DNA of 64,000 bases, from positions 2,062-66,061 of the forward strand of contig JAUIIP010000001.1 of assembly GCA_030431555.1 (NCBI GenBank), given 5' to 3'. This DNA is from a bacterium. Its GTDB lineage: Bacteria > Bdellovibrionota_C > UBA2361 > SZUA-149 > JAGRAN01. This document shows positions 27,142 through 36,548 of this stretch, one piece after another (position 1 is the stretch's first letter; each line of letters starts with the position of its first letter). The notes beneath the pieces were generated by a model. It was given only the letters and a program-made list of their open reading frames with translations. It ran no database searches and was not told the DNA's origin. Position numbers and translations under genes: made by a program.

Positions 27142-28642
27142 GAAGCACGAACATCTTTCTGAACTCGGGAATGTCATAAAAGAACAGAAAGCAACAAACA
27201 ATCGAGCATGCGATCACGGCCTTTGTCAGGTGGCGCTCACGGTAAAGCAGCTCAGGATACTGAACCGGACTATCGGGTTTAAATCCCAAGTAAAGGTAAT
27301 AAGCCAACAAATACGCAACGAACGGCATGGAGAATACCAACTCAAGCCGATAAATTGTAACGAAGGCCATCGCTCCCGTCATAAACATCGCGATATAAAA
27401 AACAGAGCTCATGATAAGGCGCTCTTCGTTATAATAGTGAAATGACCAACGATATTCGGCCGCGCGTGCAGGGTCGCCAATCCGACGGTATTCTGCGAAG
27501 CGTTTGGTCGCCATTAGAAACGACCCAAACATCCAGTAAGCAAACAGTGCTGAAACTGGCGGAATAATACTAACCCCCATCGCATACCAGCCGATGGCCA
27601 TCCTAATTGGATTGTTAACCGCTTCGCTCAGGACATCGAGGTAAGGCACCTCTTTGGTCCTTATTGGTGGAATGTTGTACAGCGTTCCCATTATCCACAG
27701 CGAAAGGCAGGACCAACCGACCCCCTGATTTACTAGAAAACCAAAAGCGCAGCCGACTGCTCCGAGCACTATCCATTCAAGATACGCAAGGGGGATAGAG
27801 ACCCTACCTGCCGCCAGAGGCCTCATCTTCTTCACCGGGTGATGACGGTCTCTTTCGGCGTCTAAAATTTCGTTGATAACGTAATTGCTGGAAGCAACAA
27901 GACAAACCGCGGCAAGGCTTATCAACACATCCCAAACTAGAGCCCCGGTAAGCGGCATCGGAAAAAAGAAATAGGCCAGCAGCATACCGGGCAGCACAAA
28001 GACATTTTTGAACCAATGATCCGGTCTTGCAATACTTACGTAATCGCCCAGGGATGATGATTTCTCCTCAATTGAAAAGACTCCGGCTACGACGGCGACG
28101 GATCTGGCTTTCTCCAAGAGAGAAGTAGAGTTCGAAACAACATAGGCATTGGCGGCGGCACTCCAAACTTCTAAGTCGACTTCAGAGTTCGCTATATAAT
28201 CAAAGCCCTTGGAGCCGAACCGCTTTGAAAGCACTGACGCCTTGCGGGGACCGGTCAAGTTGAACGATCCATCGCTGCAAATAACATCTGAAAAGATCCC
28301 AAGGCTCTGACTTATTCGTTCAGCAACCAATCGATCGGCGCCGGTAGTCAAAATCAGCTCCCGACCGCTGCTATGCTGCTCGAGCAAGAATTCCAAAACT
28401 TTGCGGTGAAACGGCAAGTCCCCGAGGTCGAGCGGGGAACGCCGCGCAACCTGCTGTTTAGCGTATGCCTTGCCGCGCAGCACCCAGAAAGGGAAGAGCA
28501 GCAGATAAAAGAAATTTTTCCTTAAGAGTGCGAAAACACTTGCATAAAAAGTATCGACCGCAGCCAAGGTCCCGTCTAGATCAACACACAGCGGCAGTTG
28601 GTGGACCGGCTCACGAACAAGATTTTGGGGGCTGCTTCTCAT
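27128..28642 (-). CDS. HAD-like hydrolase fused to a UbiA-family prenyltransferase (decaprenyl-phosphate phosphoribosyltransferase-like)
   Basis: N-terminal HAD motif I 'LCVDLDGTLAAVDTF' and motif 'ELILTTGADRLVAE'; C-terminal polytopic UbiA-like region with 'NEILDAERDRHHPVKKMRPLAAG' (Asp-rich prenyltransferase motif). Confidence 0.75.
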   Translation of the reverse strand: MRSSPQNLVREPVHQLPLCVDLDGTLAAVDTFYASVFALLRKNFFYLLLFPFWVLRGKAYAKQQVARRSPLDLGDLPFHRKVLEFLLEQHSSGRELILTTGADRLVAERISQSLGIFSDVICSDGSFNLTGPRKASVLSKRFGSKGFDYIANSEVDLEVWSAAANAYVVSNSTSLLEKARSVAVVAGVFSIEEKSSSLGDYVSIARPDHWFKNVFVLPGMLLAYFFFPMPLTGALVWDVLISLAAVCLVASSNYVINEILDAERDRHHPVKKMRPLAAGRVSIPLAYLEWIVLGAVGCAFGFLVNQGVGWSCLSLWIMGTLYNIPPIRTKEVPYLDVLSEAVNNPIRMAIGWYAMGVSIIPPVSALFAYWMFGSFLMATKRFAEYRRIGDPARAAEYRWSFHYYNEERLIMSSVFYIAMFMTGAMAFVTIYRLELVFSMPFVAYLLAYYLYLGFKPDSPVQYPELLYRERHLTKAVIACSIVCCFLFFYDIPEFRKMFVLLTPP

Positions 28643-28847
28643 GAGCGCAATACTTACTATTACGGGCGGAAAAGGGCAAAATTTTTCTAATTTCTGGATA
28701 GCTATGGCTGAAGATGAAGTGGTTGGCTCAATTGGACTTATTGATATTGGAAACAATTGCGGGGTCATTCGCAAGATGTTCGTTCGCCACTCGCACCGGG
28801 GCGGAAAAGGAGTTTCGTCAAACTTGCTGAGGAGGTTGATTGAATAA
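28641..28847 (+). pseudogene. Truncated GNAT acetyltransferase remnant (68 aa, motif A only)
   Basis: 'AEDEVVGSIGLIDIGNNCGVIRKMFVRHSHRGGKGVSSNLLRRLIE' resembles the GNAT acetyl-CoA-binding core; the ORF is too short for a full GNAT fold. Confidence 0.3.
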
Positions 28848-28857
28848 CTTTCGACTT

Positions 28858-30069
28858 TCAGGCTCGACGCGCAGCGGCAGGTTCTGGGCAGGCGGTGTCG
28901 GCCTGAGGCAGTTTAGCACCCTCAATGCCGCGCTCCTCTTTCTGAGGAAAATACTTTTTAAGCTTCAAGAAGTGCTTCTCAAAGAGATGCCAGGACAAAA
29001 GGGCCATGGCGGTAGAAACAGCTAAAACGACAAGAGTGAACGCAACTTGTCCCGGTATGCTTGAGCCTGCAATTCGCCAGGGAAATGTATTTGGTGTGAA
29101 CCAACTGTCTTCAAGCAGGTCCACAAGCGGGCGATTGAATAAATACATGGCGTAGCTGTATTTGCCGAAAAACAGCAGCGTCTTTCTGGTAAGCAGCCAA
29201 TTCACCCAGCCGTTCTGAGCCCTAGACAGCGCCACAATCAATGAAGACCCGAAAAGAAACGCGACTATCGAGTACCCGTATTTAATCATCTCGGGAAGCT
29301 TCTTATTGAAATGCCCTTCGACTAAAAAATGCAGGCCAAAAGCCGAGCAAACTGTAAATGGCACCCATATCCAGGGGAACAGAGCCTTTAAACCCTTCGG
29401 TCCCCTTGCCGCCAAGGCCAGAAATCCGCCTACAGCTAGCGCATCCATCCTAGTATATGTTGCCACATAAATGTGGTTCACCACGTGCTCGCCGCTGTAC
29501 AGCAACATCCAGCGCAGCGCCACTGCGGTTAAAATCAATCCAACGCAAAGTCTCATCATGGCAATTCGCGAAAGTAAGAAAACAAGAAACGGCCAGACGA
29601 TGTAGAACTGTTCTTCGATTGCCAGTGACCAGGTAGGCCCAAGCACCAGATGGCGAAAGCTGCCCTCTTTAACAACTAGAAAATTCGAAAGGTAGCACCA
29701 GTACCACCATTGTTTTGAACCAAGGCTGGGGAAATGATGGGTTAAGCCGGGCAGAACGAAAACCGAAACAGCTACGACTAAAAAGTAGAGCGGAAAGATT
29801 CGCACCGTGCGTCTGGCATAAAAGTTCTTAAAGTAGTGTTTTCCACCCTTTGCGTCATATAGAATTCCGGTAATCAGGAAACCGGAGAGGACGAAGAACA
29901 GGTCAACTCCAACCCAGAGCGAGCGTCCAAACTTGAAGTACCAGTCGTCAATCGGAGCAGTCGCTCTCAAAACTGTGGTGTGAAAAATGATCACGCCGAG
30001 AATCGCAAGGCCGCGAAAGCCATCGAGAACGGGCATATATCCCGAAAGATTCACATTTCTAGCGCGCAC
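28858..30069 (-). CDS. Acyltransferase family 3 (OafA/OpgC-like) membrane O-acyltransferase
   Basis: 'MPVLDGFRGLAILGVIIFH' N-terminal signature; ~10 TM helices. Confidence 0.8.
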   Translation of the reverse strand: MRARNVNLSGYMPVLDGFRGLAILGVIIFHTTVLRATAPIDDWYFKFGRSLWVGVDLFFVLSGFLITGILYDAKGGKHYFKNFYARRTVRIFPLYFLVVAVSVFVLPGLTHHFPSLGSKQWWYWCYLSNFLVVKEGSFRHLVLGPTWSLAIEEQFYIVWPFLVFLLSRIAMMRLCVGLILTAVALRWMLLYSGEHVVNHIYVATYTRMDALAVGGFLALAARGPKGLKALFPWIWVPFTVCSAFGLHFLVEGHFNKKLPEMIKYGYSIVAFLFGSSLIVALSRAQNGWVNWLLTRKTLLFFGKYSYAMYLFNRPLVDLLEDSWFTPNTFPWRIAGSSIPGQVAFTLVVLAVSTAMALLSWHLFEKHFLKLKKYFPQKEERGIEGAKLPQADTACPEPAAARRA

Positions 30070-30084
30070 TACTGACTAACATCC

Positions 30085-30879
30085 TTAGGACCATGAAACG
30101 CCGCTGCAGTAATACAGTGCTGGATAAGCAGCGCCCCACGCAAATAGAAACCGATTGAGGCCGAACATATAAACGTTCGCAACATGAAATAGCAAAGCAG
30201 TTATAATAAATAGCAGACAAATGGACTGATTAAGGAGACTTAGCGGAAATAACACTTCGAATAAAATGATCGACCAGCTTAAACAGGCGAGCAAAGCAGG
30301 CTTCTCGGCGAAAGCTCGCAGCAAGGGCGATACAGGGTATATGCCCGAACATAGGAAGCCTCCAAGGGCTCGTCCAGACCTCCAGTTTACGCGCTTTAGT
30401 TTCACGACCCCGGCAATAAAGAATGAAGACAAGAGCTGAAGCGCGATATAGAGCAGGCAACCCAGTCCGACCAAATGACTTTCAGGGAACAGGCGGGCAA
30501 GCAGCAGAGCCAGCAAGACAACCACTGTCATGTAGTCGCTTCCTCCATTGAAGACCCCTCGCCAGCGCAAGCATACGAGTACCGAAGTCAGCAGAAGAGT
30601 AAAAACCAGCACCGCGTGCGACAGCATTAAGGCAACAGACGCAGCCAAGATTCGCAGAAACAGCACTACGAGAAAATTCGGATAAGCCAATGTTAAATCC
30701 AGAAAAAATCTTACGGGACCTGGGAAGAACTCAAATTCATCCTTAAGAACGGACCAGCTCCAGACTCCATCGTCAGAGAATGATTCCCTAATCGCAAACA
30801 TCTCAGAAGTCTGCAGAATGACAGCCACCGCAATGAGGCGCTCAACCAGCATAAGCGTAGTATTTAGCGAGAGTTCCAA
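30085..30879 (-). CDS. Polytopic membrane protein, C-terminal part of a possible HTTM-like protein interrupted by an in-frame TAG (TTG start in the track; alternative ATG at 'MLVERL')
   Basis: 6-7 hydrophobic helices; contiguous in-frame with the upstream ORF 30880-31413. Confidence 0.5.
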   Translation of the reverse strand: MELSLNTTLMLVERLIAVAVILQTSEMFAIRESFSDDGVWSWSVLKDEFEFFPGPVRFFLDLTLAYPNFLVVLFLRILAASVALMLSHAVLVFTLLLTSVLVCLRWRGVFNGGSDYMTVVVLLALLLARLFPESHLVGLGCLLYIALQLLSSFFIAGVVKLKRVNWRSGRALGGFLCSGIYPVSPLLRAFAEKPALLACLSWSIILFEVLFPLSLLNQSICLLFIITALLFHVANVYMFGLNRFLFAWGAAYPALYYCSGVSWS

Positions 30880-31413
30880 CTAATACTCATGCTCCAATGA
30901 AATCAGTATTTCAGTCGCAGAACTCTCCGCTTCCCCCTGCATTAGAGAACTGAGCCTGAACTGGAAGAACACTGGCCCTTCTCCCTCCGGGAGTTCGCTC
31001 CTCGGGATCTGCTTTCTGACCAGCCGCTCGAGCAAGCGGTACGAGACTGAGCTCGCAAACTCTGCCTCAGATCCTTCCGTAACAGACTGCATGTCATTTT
31101 CCACTTGCTGCAAAAGGCCTTGATAGGCCAGTAGTTTGTTGCCCTCGGCGTTAAACAGCAGTTTGTAAAGGTGGCGTCGATCACTCGAGAGACTCTTCCT
31201 CCATGGACCAAAAGCCCCGTCTGCTGCGCGCACACGATGATACAGCACCGGAAGCTCACATAGGTCCTCGAAAAATCTCCACGATGGAAAAAGAACTCGG
31301 AAAAGGTAAATCGCTCTGCCTGGAACGTAGCGCGTGCGAAAAAACAACAAGAACGCTGCTGCTGCCAAGTACAGCGTGAGCAAAAGATATGAACTAAGTG
31401 AAATTTCAAACAC
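30880..31413 (-). CDS. N-terminal part of the same putative membrane protein (177 aa), ending at an in-frame TAG
   Basis: N-terminal TM helix 'LLLTLYLAAAAFLLFF'; same frame as the downstream ORF. Confidence 0.45.
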   Translation of the reverse strand: MFEISLSSYLLLTLYLAAAAFLLFFRTRYVPGRAIYLFRVLFPSWRFFEDLCELPVLYHRVRAADGAFGPWRKSLSSDRRHLYKLLFNAEGNKLLAYQGLLQQVENDMQSVTEGSEAEFASSVSYRLLERLVRKQIPRSELPEGEGPVFFQFRLSSLMQGEAESSATEILISLEHEY

Positions 31414-31904
31414 GATCGCAAGCTAATCTCTAATCAGAGGCACCAGTACTGCCCGGCACCGCCGGACCAGGATAGCCCAGCGGGGACGATATGAACCGTG
31501 CATAAATATTGCGTTTAGGTCCATTTTATGCAAAAATATACGGTCCTGGCCCTTTTTGATTATTTAGTATTTTCAGACACTTGGCTTCCAGGTCGTTATT
31601 TGAAATCTCATATTTATGACACTCCGGGGAAGAAGAACTATTTCCCTGCGCCTTCGCCGACTAGACGGACCCGTCCTGCTCGCCGAGGTGCAGACGCCTA
31701 CCGACGGTTGATAAAAGACGTTATTTTTTGATCCACTTTTCAAACATTCGGCCCATAAACCCGGCGCGCGGAGCTCTTTAATTCCACCTGGGATTGGAGA
31801 GCTCCGCTCGTTGCGGTTCCTCGCTAGCTCAGTGAGACGGGCCACTGCTTAGTGCGCCCTCCCAAGTCAAAGTCCTAAATTCTCTGTCCTCCAGGAGGGC
31901 TTCA

Positions 31905-32465
31905 ATGCCAAACGAAGAAGTAGTCGTTCGGGTCAGTACACCCGAAGACGTGAGATACGCTCAAGTCGCATCCGCGTTGATAGAGCGAGCCTCACACCAG
32001 CACGAAATCGCGACTCGCTCACCGGAAGAGCTGGCCGAACAGATTCGACTCGGCAACGCCGTCATCGCACTGATCGACGGCGAGCTGATCGGCTTCGGCT
32101 ATTTCAAGGTGTGGTCGGACCTCGCGATTTCACACTCCGGTCTCGTCGTGGAACCTCAGTTCCGCGGACGTAAGATCGGCAAGCGACTCAAGCTTCTGCT
32201 CTGCGAAGAGTCGGAGCGGCGAGTTCCGGATGGAAGGATGATCAGCCTGACCACCTCCCCTCAAGTTCGCCACATGAACACCTCGCTGGAGTTCCGTGTC
32301 GTACCGCTTGTCGAACTCACGATCGACCCGAAATTCTGGGCCGGATGCCGCGGATGTCACAACTTCGCGAGTGTGAATGCTCCGGGCTCTACCGAGGGTG
32401 AACTGACTCCAACCGGTGATCGGTGCTGCTGTGAAGGCATGTGCCGCCGTAATAAGGCTCGGTGA
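31905..32465 (+). CDS. GNAT-family N-acetyltransferase-like protein with a Cys-rich C-terminus; GC-rich
   Basis: 'VIALIDGELIGFGYFKVW...VVEPQFRGRKIGKRLKLLL' resembles the GNAT core; C-terminus 'CRGCHNF...CCCEGMC'. Confidence 0.55.
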   Translation: MPNEEVVVRVSTPEDVRYAQVASALIERASHQHEIATRSPEELAEQIRLGNAVIALIDGELIGFGYFKVWSDLAISHSGLVVEPQFRGRKIGKRLKLLLCEESERRVPDGRMISLTTSPQVRHMNTSLEFRVVPLVELTIDPKFWAGCRGCHNFASVNAPGSTEGELTPTGDRCCCEGMCRRNKAR

Positions 32466-32623
32466 TGGAAGAGAACTCCATTACCAGAGCCGCGCGGTGC
32501 AAATAAGTGGGTCTCTTGCAAAAGAGGATTACCAGGCGTCTGCACCGCTCAATCTCCGATCTCTAGCCGCAGCCAGCTTTAGATCTCATTCTGAGCAGGA
32601 TCGCCCTTCAAGTTAGAAGAACA

Positions 32624-33604
32624 TTGACGATATCGCATCTTAAATGTGACCAATTAATATGGTTCACACCTTGTGAGACGTCGATGAAACTTCAGACTGT
32701 TTACCGCGCTTACGGTTCGATTCCCGCTTCAATTAGAAGAACTGTTGCGCCCGTAGCTCGCGCTTGCCGTCCTATTCTTCAACGGGCAGCATTGTCGTCT
32801 TCTCAACGCAAATTCTGGGAAGAGAACGGCTACCTCATACTGCCTAACTTTTTCAGTGATGATATCGTCGACACCCTCAACTTGTTTGTAGACGAGCTTT
32901 GGAACACCCGTAAACGCCGGCCGGACCTGCCGTTCATGGTCGACTTCGATCACGGGAAGCCGGATCAAAAACGCTGGCCGATTCACGAGGTACCAGACTG
33001 GGGCAGACAGACTATCTACAAGCTAAATGACTTGTACCTTGAATGCCCATTTGTCCGTTTAATGGTGTTGAACCCTGTTCTCTCGGACATTCTTAACTCT
33101 CTATTGGATGGGGAGCCGGTCATCTGCAACACGCTAAACTTCGAATGGGGAAGCGAACAAGACTACCACTTCGATACGTTCTTCATGGCGCCTCAGGAGC
33201 CGAATAAACTAGCAGCTTCGTGGATTGCTCTGGAGGACATAAATGAGAATGCCGGGCCGCTCAAATTCGTACCCGGCTCACATAAAATCCCGCCGTTCAT
33301 ATTTCCCAAAAGCGGAAGCACCGTAGCATCGTTAGAAGAGCTGCCGATGGTGCGAGAATACATAGAGAATGAAGTCACCAAGCGCGGTCTGAAAGAGGAG
33401 TTGTTCCTCGGAAAAAAAGGCGACTGCCTGCTGTGGCACGCTCAGCTGCTGCATGCCGGCAGCAAACACATCGATCGATCGCTTACTCGAAAGAGTATTG
33501 TTACTCATTACTGGCGATGGGATGACCTGCCCGGGGCTGATGTAAGGATCGACCGCAACGGAACAAATTGGCTGTTCCGTCATCACCAGCCGCGGATCAG
33601 GTAG
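32624..33604 (+). CDS. Phytanoyl-CoA dioxygenase (PhyH) family Fe(II)/2-oxoglutarate oxygenase
   Basis: 'HFDTFF...AASWIALEDINENAGPLKFVPGSHK' (H-x-D ... H facial triad context); 'LLWHAQLLHAG'; likely start at 'MKLQTVY' (32684). Confidence 0.75.
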   Translation: MTISHLKCDQLIWFTPCETSMKLQTVYRAYGSIPASIRRTVAPVARACRPILQRAALSSSQRKFWEENGYLILPNFFSDDIVDTLNLFVDELWNTRKRRPDLPFMVDFDHGKPDQKRWPIHEVPDWGRQTIYKLNDLYLECPFVRLMVLNPVLSDILNSLLDGEPVICNTLNFEWGSEQDYHFDTFFMAPQEPNKLAASWIALEDINENAGPLKFVPGSHKIPPFIFPKSGSTVASLEELPMVREYIENEVTKRGLKEELFLGKKGDCLLWHAQLLHAGSKHIDRSLTRKSIVTHYWRWDDLPGADVRIDRNGTNWLFRHHQPRIR

Positions 33605-35428
33605 CTAGTCGTCCTTCTCTGCGCGCTTTCCCTCAACCATCTCAACAACAGACTGCGGCTCGTGGACGCTGAATTCGCCAGCCGACAGCTTGCGGATATA
33701 CACACGATAAGCCCGCATCGCCTTGTAGCCGAAGACTATTACAATAGGAATATTCATCACCAGCATGCAGCCCATGCCTAGTGTGGTCCACATATCAAGC
33801 TCTCGATCTGTTCGGATGAAAGGCAGAGTCGCCACAAATGCAAGGGCACAATACGCCAGCTTGTAGCCGACAAGTGCAAACTTCGCGAAGGGAGCGTGGC
33901 TTACTATGTAGTAGACAGCCTGCTCGCCGTAGTAATACCAAGATATCATCGTCGATACGGCGAACAGCCAAGAAGCAAGCACAACGAGCCATAACCCCAG
34001 CCCAGGAACTACGCGATCGAAGGCATGTGCGGTCAGCGAAGCCCCAGCGAAATTAACGAATATTCCCGGCCCGTATACTTTGGGAGCTTCCGCCTCAAAG
34101 GTCTCCCACTTTGCGGTATAAGAGCTGTCGGCATTAAGTACCACCGTGCCCTGCACCCGCATATGACTGCCATCTGCTTTCTCGATGATCATGAATACAG
34201 ATTCGCCGTCGGTCCAACCGTACTCATTTACCGGAATCTGTTGAATTCGCTTCGACTCTTCGCTCTTACCCGGAAGAAGCGGAGTCTGGAGCTCCCACTT
34301 TGCGCTGTCGTCGGCAGACCGCACGACCCGCAGCTCCCCAAGTGAAGCAAATGATGCTTCGGGAGCTCGGTTCCATGCGCCGCTGCTAAGAATTACGAGC
34401 GCTGTTACCGTGCAAACCAAGAGCGTATCGATAAACGGCTCCAATCCGGCAACAATACCCTCTCTGACCGGCTCATCTGTTCTAGCGGCACTATGCGCTA
34501 TCGGAGCTGAGCCCCATCCGGCTTCTGAGCTGAACAAGGCGCGCTTTACTCCCCAAATAAAAGCAGTTCCAAGGGAGGCACCCAAGAATGCACCCCCTGC
34601 TGAGGCATCCTCCATGCCGATGCCGGAACGAATTATCATCACAAATATTTCAGGAAGCTGGCCCATGTTAACAGCCAAAACATAAAACCCTGAGATGAGA
34701 TAAATTCCGCACATTAGCGGCACAAGGCGACCCGCTACCGCACCAATACGTTGAATTCCACCAAGGACTACGATCGCAACAGTGATCGCAAGTGCGATGC
34801 CCACAGCTTCGCGCGGAACCGTGGAAAAGTATTGGTTCGTAACGGCCGCGACATTCCATGCTTGAAACATGTTACCGCCGGTAATTGCACCAACCATCGC
34901 AGAGACGCAGAAAAGGCAGCCAAAAAATTTACCAACTGTGGGCAGGCCCCAATCGGTGAATCCGTCTTCGACGACGTACATCGGGCCTCCATGTGGATTT
35001 CCTTCGTCGTCAAATCTGCGCGAGAGCATCGACTGCGTGACCTCTGTCATTTTGAGCGCCATTCCGAATAGACCAATCATCCACATCCAGAACACTGCAC
35101 CCGGACCGCCCAAGGCAATCGCAACTGCTACGCCGCCGATGTTGCCCAAACCGACGGTAGCGGAAAGGGCTGCAGATAAAGCTTGAAAGTGACTAATCGC
35201 TCCGGGGTCGTCGTGCTTGTCATACTTACCGCGTATGACAGCGACACCGTGACCAAGAGCATAATACTGACCAAAGCGCGTCCAGATCGTGCAGCCTACG
35301 GCAGCGAACAATAGCGAGAAGACCGTCACGTCGCTAAAGAGATAGGAGTTAATGGTATTGATGATGTCTTCCAAGGCTGCCTCTACAATCTTTGATTCAC
35401 TCAACGCATTCCTGCGTATCCATACCAT
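33605..35428 (-). CDS. Alanine/glycine:cation symporter (AGCS) family transporter with a ~120-aa inserted extracytoplasmic domain
   Basis: 'AALSATVGLGNIGGVAVAIALGGPGAVFWMWMIGLFGMALKMTE' is the AGCS signature; hydrophilic insertion 'LGELRVVRSADDSAKW...NADSSYTAKWETFEAEAPK' between TM helices. Confidence 0.8.
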   Translation of the reverse strand: MVWIRRNALSESKIVEAALEDIINTINSYLFSDVTVFSLLFAAVGCTIWTRFGQYYALGHGVAVIRGKYDKHDDPGAISHFQALSAALSATVGLGNIGGVAVAIALGGPGAVFWMWMIGLFGMALKMTEVTQSMLSRRFDDEGNPHGGPMYVVEDGFTDWGLPTVGKFFGCLFCVSAMVGAITGGNMFQAWNVAAVTNQYFSTVPREAVGIALAITVAIVVLGGIQRIGAVAGRLVPLMCGIYLISGFYVLAVNMGQLPEIFVMIIRSGIGMEDASAGGAFLGASLGTAFIWGVKRALFSSEAGWGSAPIAHSAARTDEPVREGIVAGLEPFIDTLLVCTVTALVILSSGAWNRAPEASFASLGELRVVRSADDSAKWELQTPLLPGKSEESKRIQQIPVNEYGWTDGESVFMIIEKADGSHMRVQGTVVLNADSSYTAKWETFEAEAPKVYGPGIFVNFAGASLTAHAFDRVVPGLGLWLVVLASWLFAVSTMISWYYYGEQAVYYIVSHAPFAKFALVGYKLAYCALAFVATLPFIRTDRELDMWTTLGMGCMLVMNIPIVIVFGYKAMRAYRVYIRKLSAGEFSVHEPQSVVEMVEGKRAEKDD

Positions 35429-35466
35429 TCAAGACAGAAAAACTGAATCAAATGAGGCTGGAAATA

Positions 35467-36495
35467 TCAAGTAGTTTGCGGGTTCAGATGCAGAAATAGA
35501 TCGTTTCTAACCCTGGGATTGCTTATTTTCCAGATGCATCCGTCAATAAAGTAGTGGTGGATATTAACTATAGCTGTAAGTAAAACAGCAATTATTCCAA
35601 GCTTACTGTCGAGGGACACAAGCATGTCTTCAACGCCGAAGAACACGATATAGCCGACTACGACCATTAGCCCATAGTATAACAACATTGGTTTTATGAT
35701 ATCGACGGCACCCCTTTCGCCGCTTAGGCGATTCATCTCAACTCGAAACGGGAAAATTAAATACTGCAGCGCATGAGACAACTGAACCCAAAACAAGGTA
35801 TTCGGGTGACGATTCAGTAAAAGGTACCAAAAGCAAATCGCAGTGTACGGAATAACTACACGCAGCGGCGGAAGGCTGCCGGTTCTCCTAGCGATTTTAA
35901 CAAATAGGGCAAAACCCAATAGCGCAGCAGCGACTGCTGCCAAATCGACAAACGGCTTAACATTTGGAAGCACTGCGGCTAAAGTCGGAAACCTATCGAT
36001 AATAGTGGTGCTGAACCAAACAAGCTGCCAACCAAGCAGGACTTTCAAAATTGCTCGAAATGCTCCGCGCTCACTCTCGGTAAACTTCAAACCGTCAAGA
36101 TAAGCGAACGAGGCCATCATTCCCCAAGTTTGTCCGGTGTAGTGCACCGCCAAATAATACCCCATCACCAAGAGAAAAATGTTGGCGTAATGTGCGTTAT
36201 CCGCAGGACCGAGCGCAAAATACAACGCAAACAAGCAGTACAGCGTAAGCAGCGCAGGCAAATAGAAAGCGGCCCATCTGTACTCTTTAACCATCTCCCT
36301 AGACCCATACAGCAGCCGATACGACGCAATAAAATGCGGGGCGTTAATCAGCGTTGTCAGGATGATGAAGTTTCCAAACAGCAGCGGACCTGTGCGAGAA
36401 GTATCGAGCAGGAGAAAACAGCCGATCACTACTATCGACAAGCCTCCGACACAAAGAACATCTACCGGCTTGGAAATTATCGACCTATCAGTCAT
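35467..36495 (-). CDS. Polytopic membrane protein with conserved His motifs ('INAPHFIASYRLL', 'VNIHHYFIDGCIW'); unknown family
   Basis: ~8 TM helices; weak similarity to the 61279-62223 product. Confidence 0.55.
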   Translation of the reverse strand: MTDRSIISKPVDVLCVGGLSIVVIGCFLLLDTSRTGPLLFGNFIILTTLINAPHFIASYRLLYGSREMVKEYRWAAFYLPALLTLYCLFALYFALGPADNAHYANIFLLVMGYYLAVHYTGQTWGMMASFAYLDGLKFTESERGAFRAILKVLLGWQLVWFSTTIIDRFPTLAAVLPNVKPFVDLAAVAAALLGFALFVKIARRTGSLPPLRVVIPYTAICFWYLLLNRHPNTLFWVQLSHALQYLIFPFRVEMNRLSGERGAVDIIKPMLLYYGLMVVVGYIVFFGVEDMLVSLDSKLGIIAVLLTAIVNIHHYFIDGCIWKISNPRVRNDLFLHLNPQTT

Positions 36496-36548
36496 CCGCA
36501 GCTCCTCGATGCATACTGTAACTCATGTTCACAAATCTGTCTTAAACT

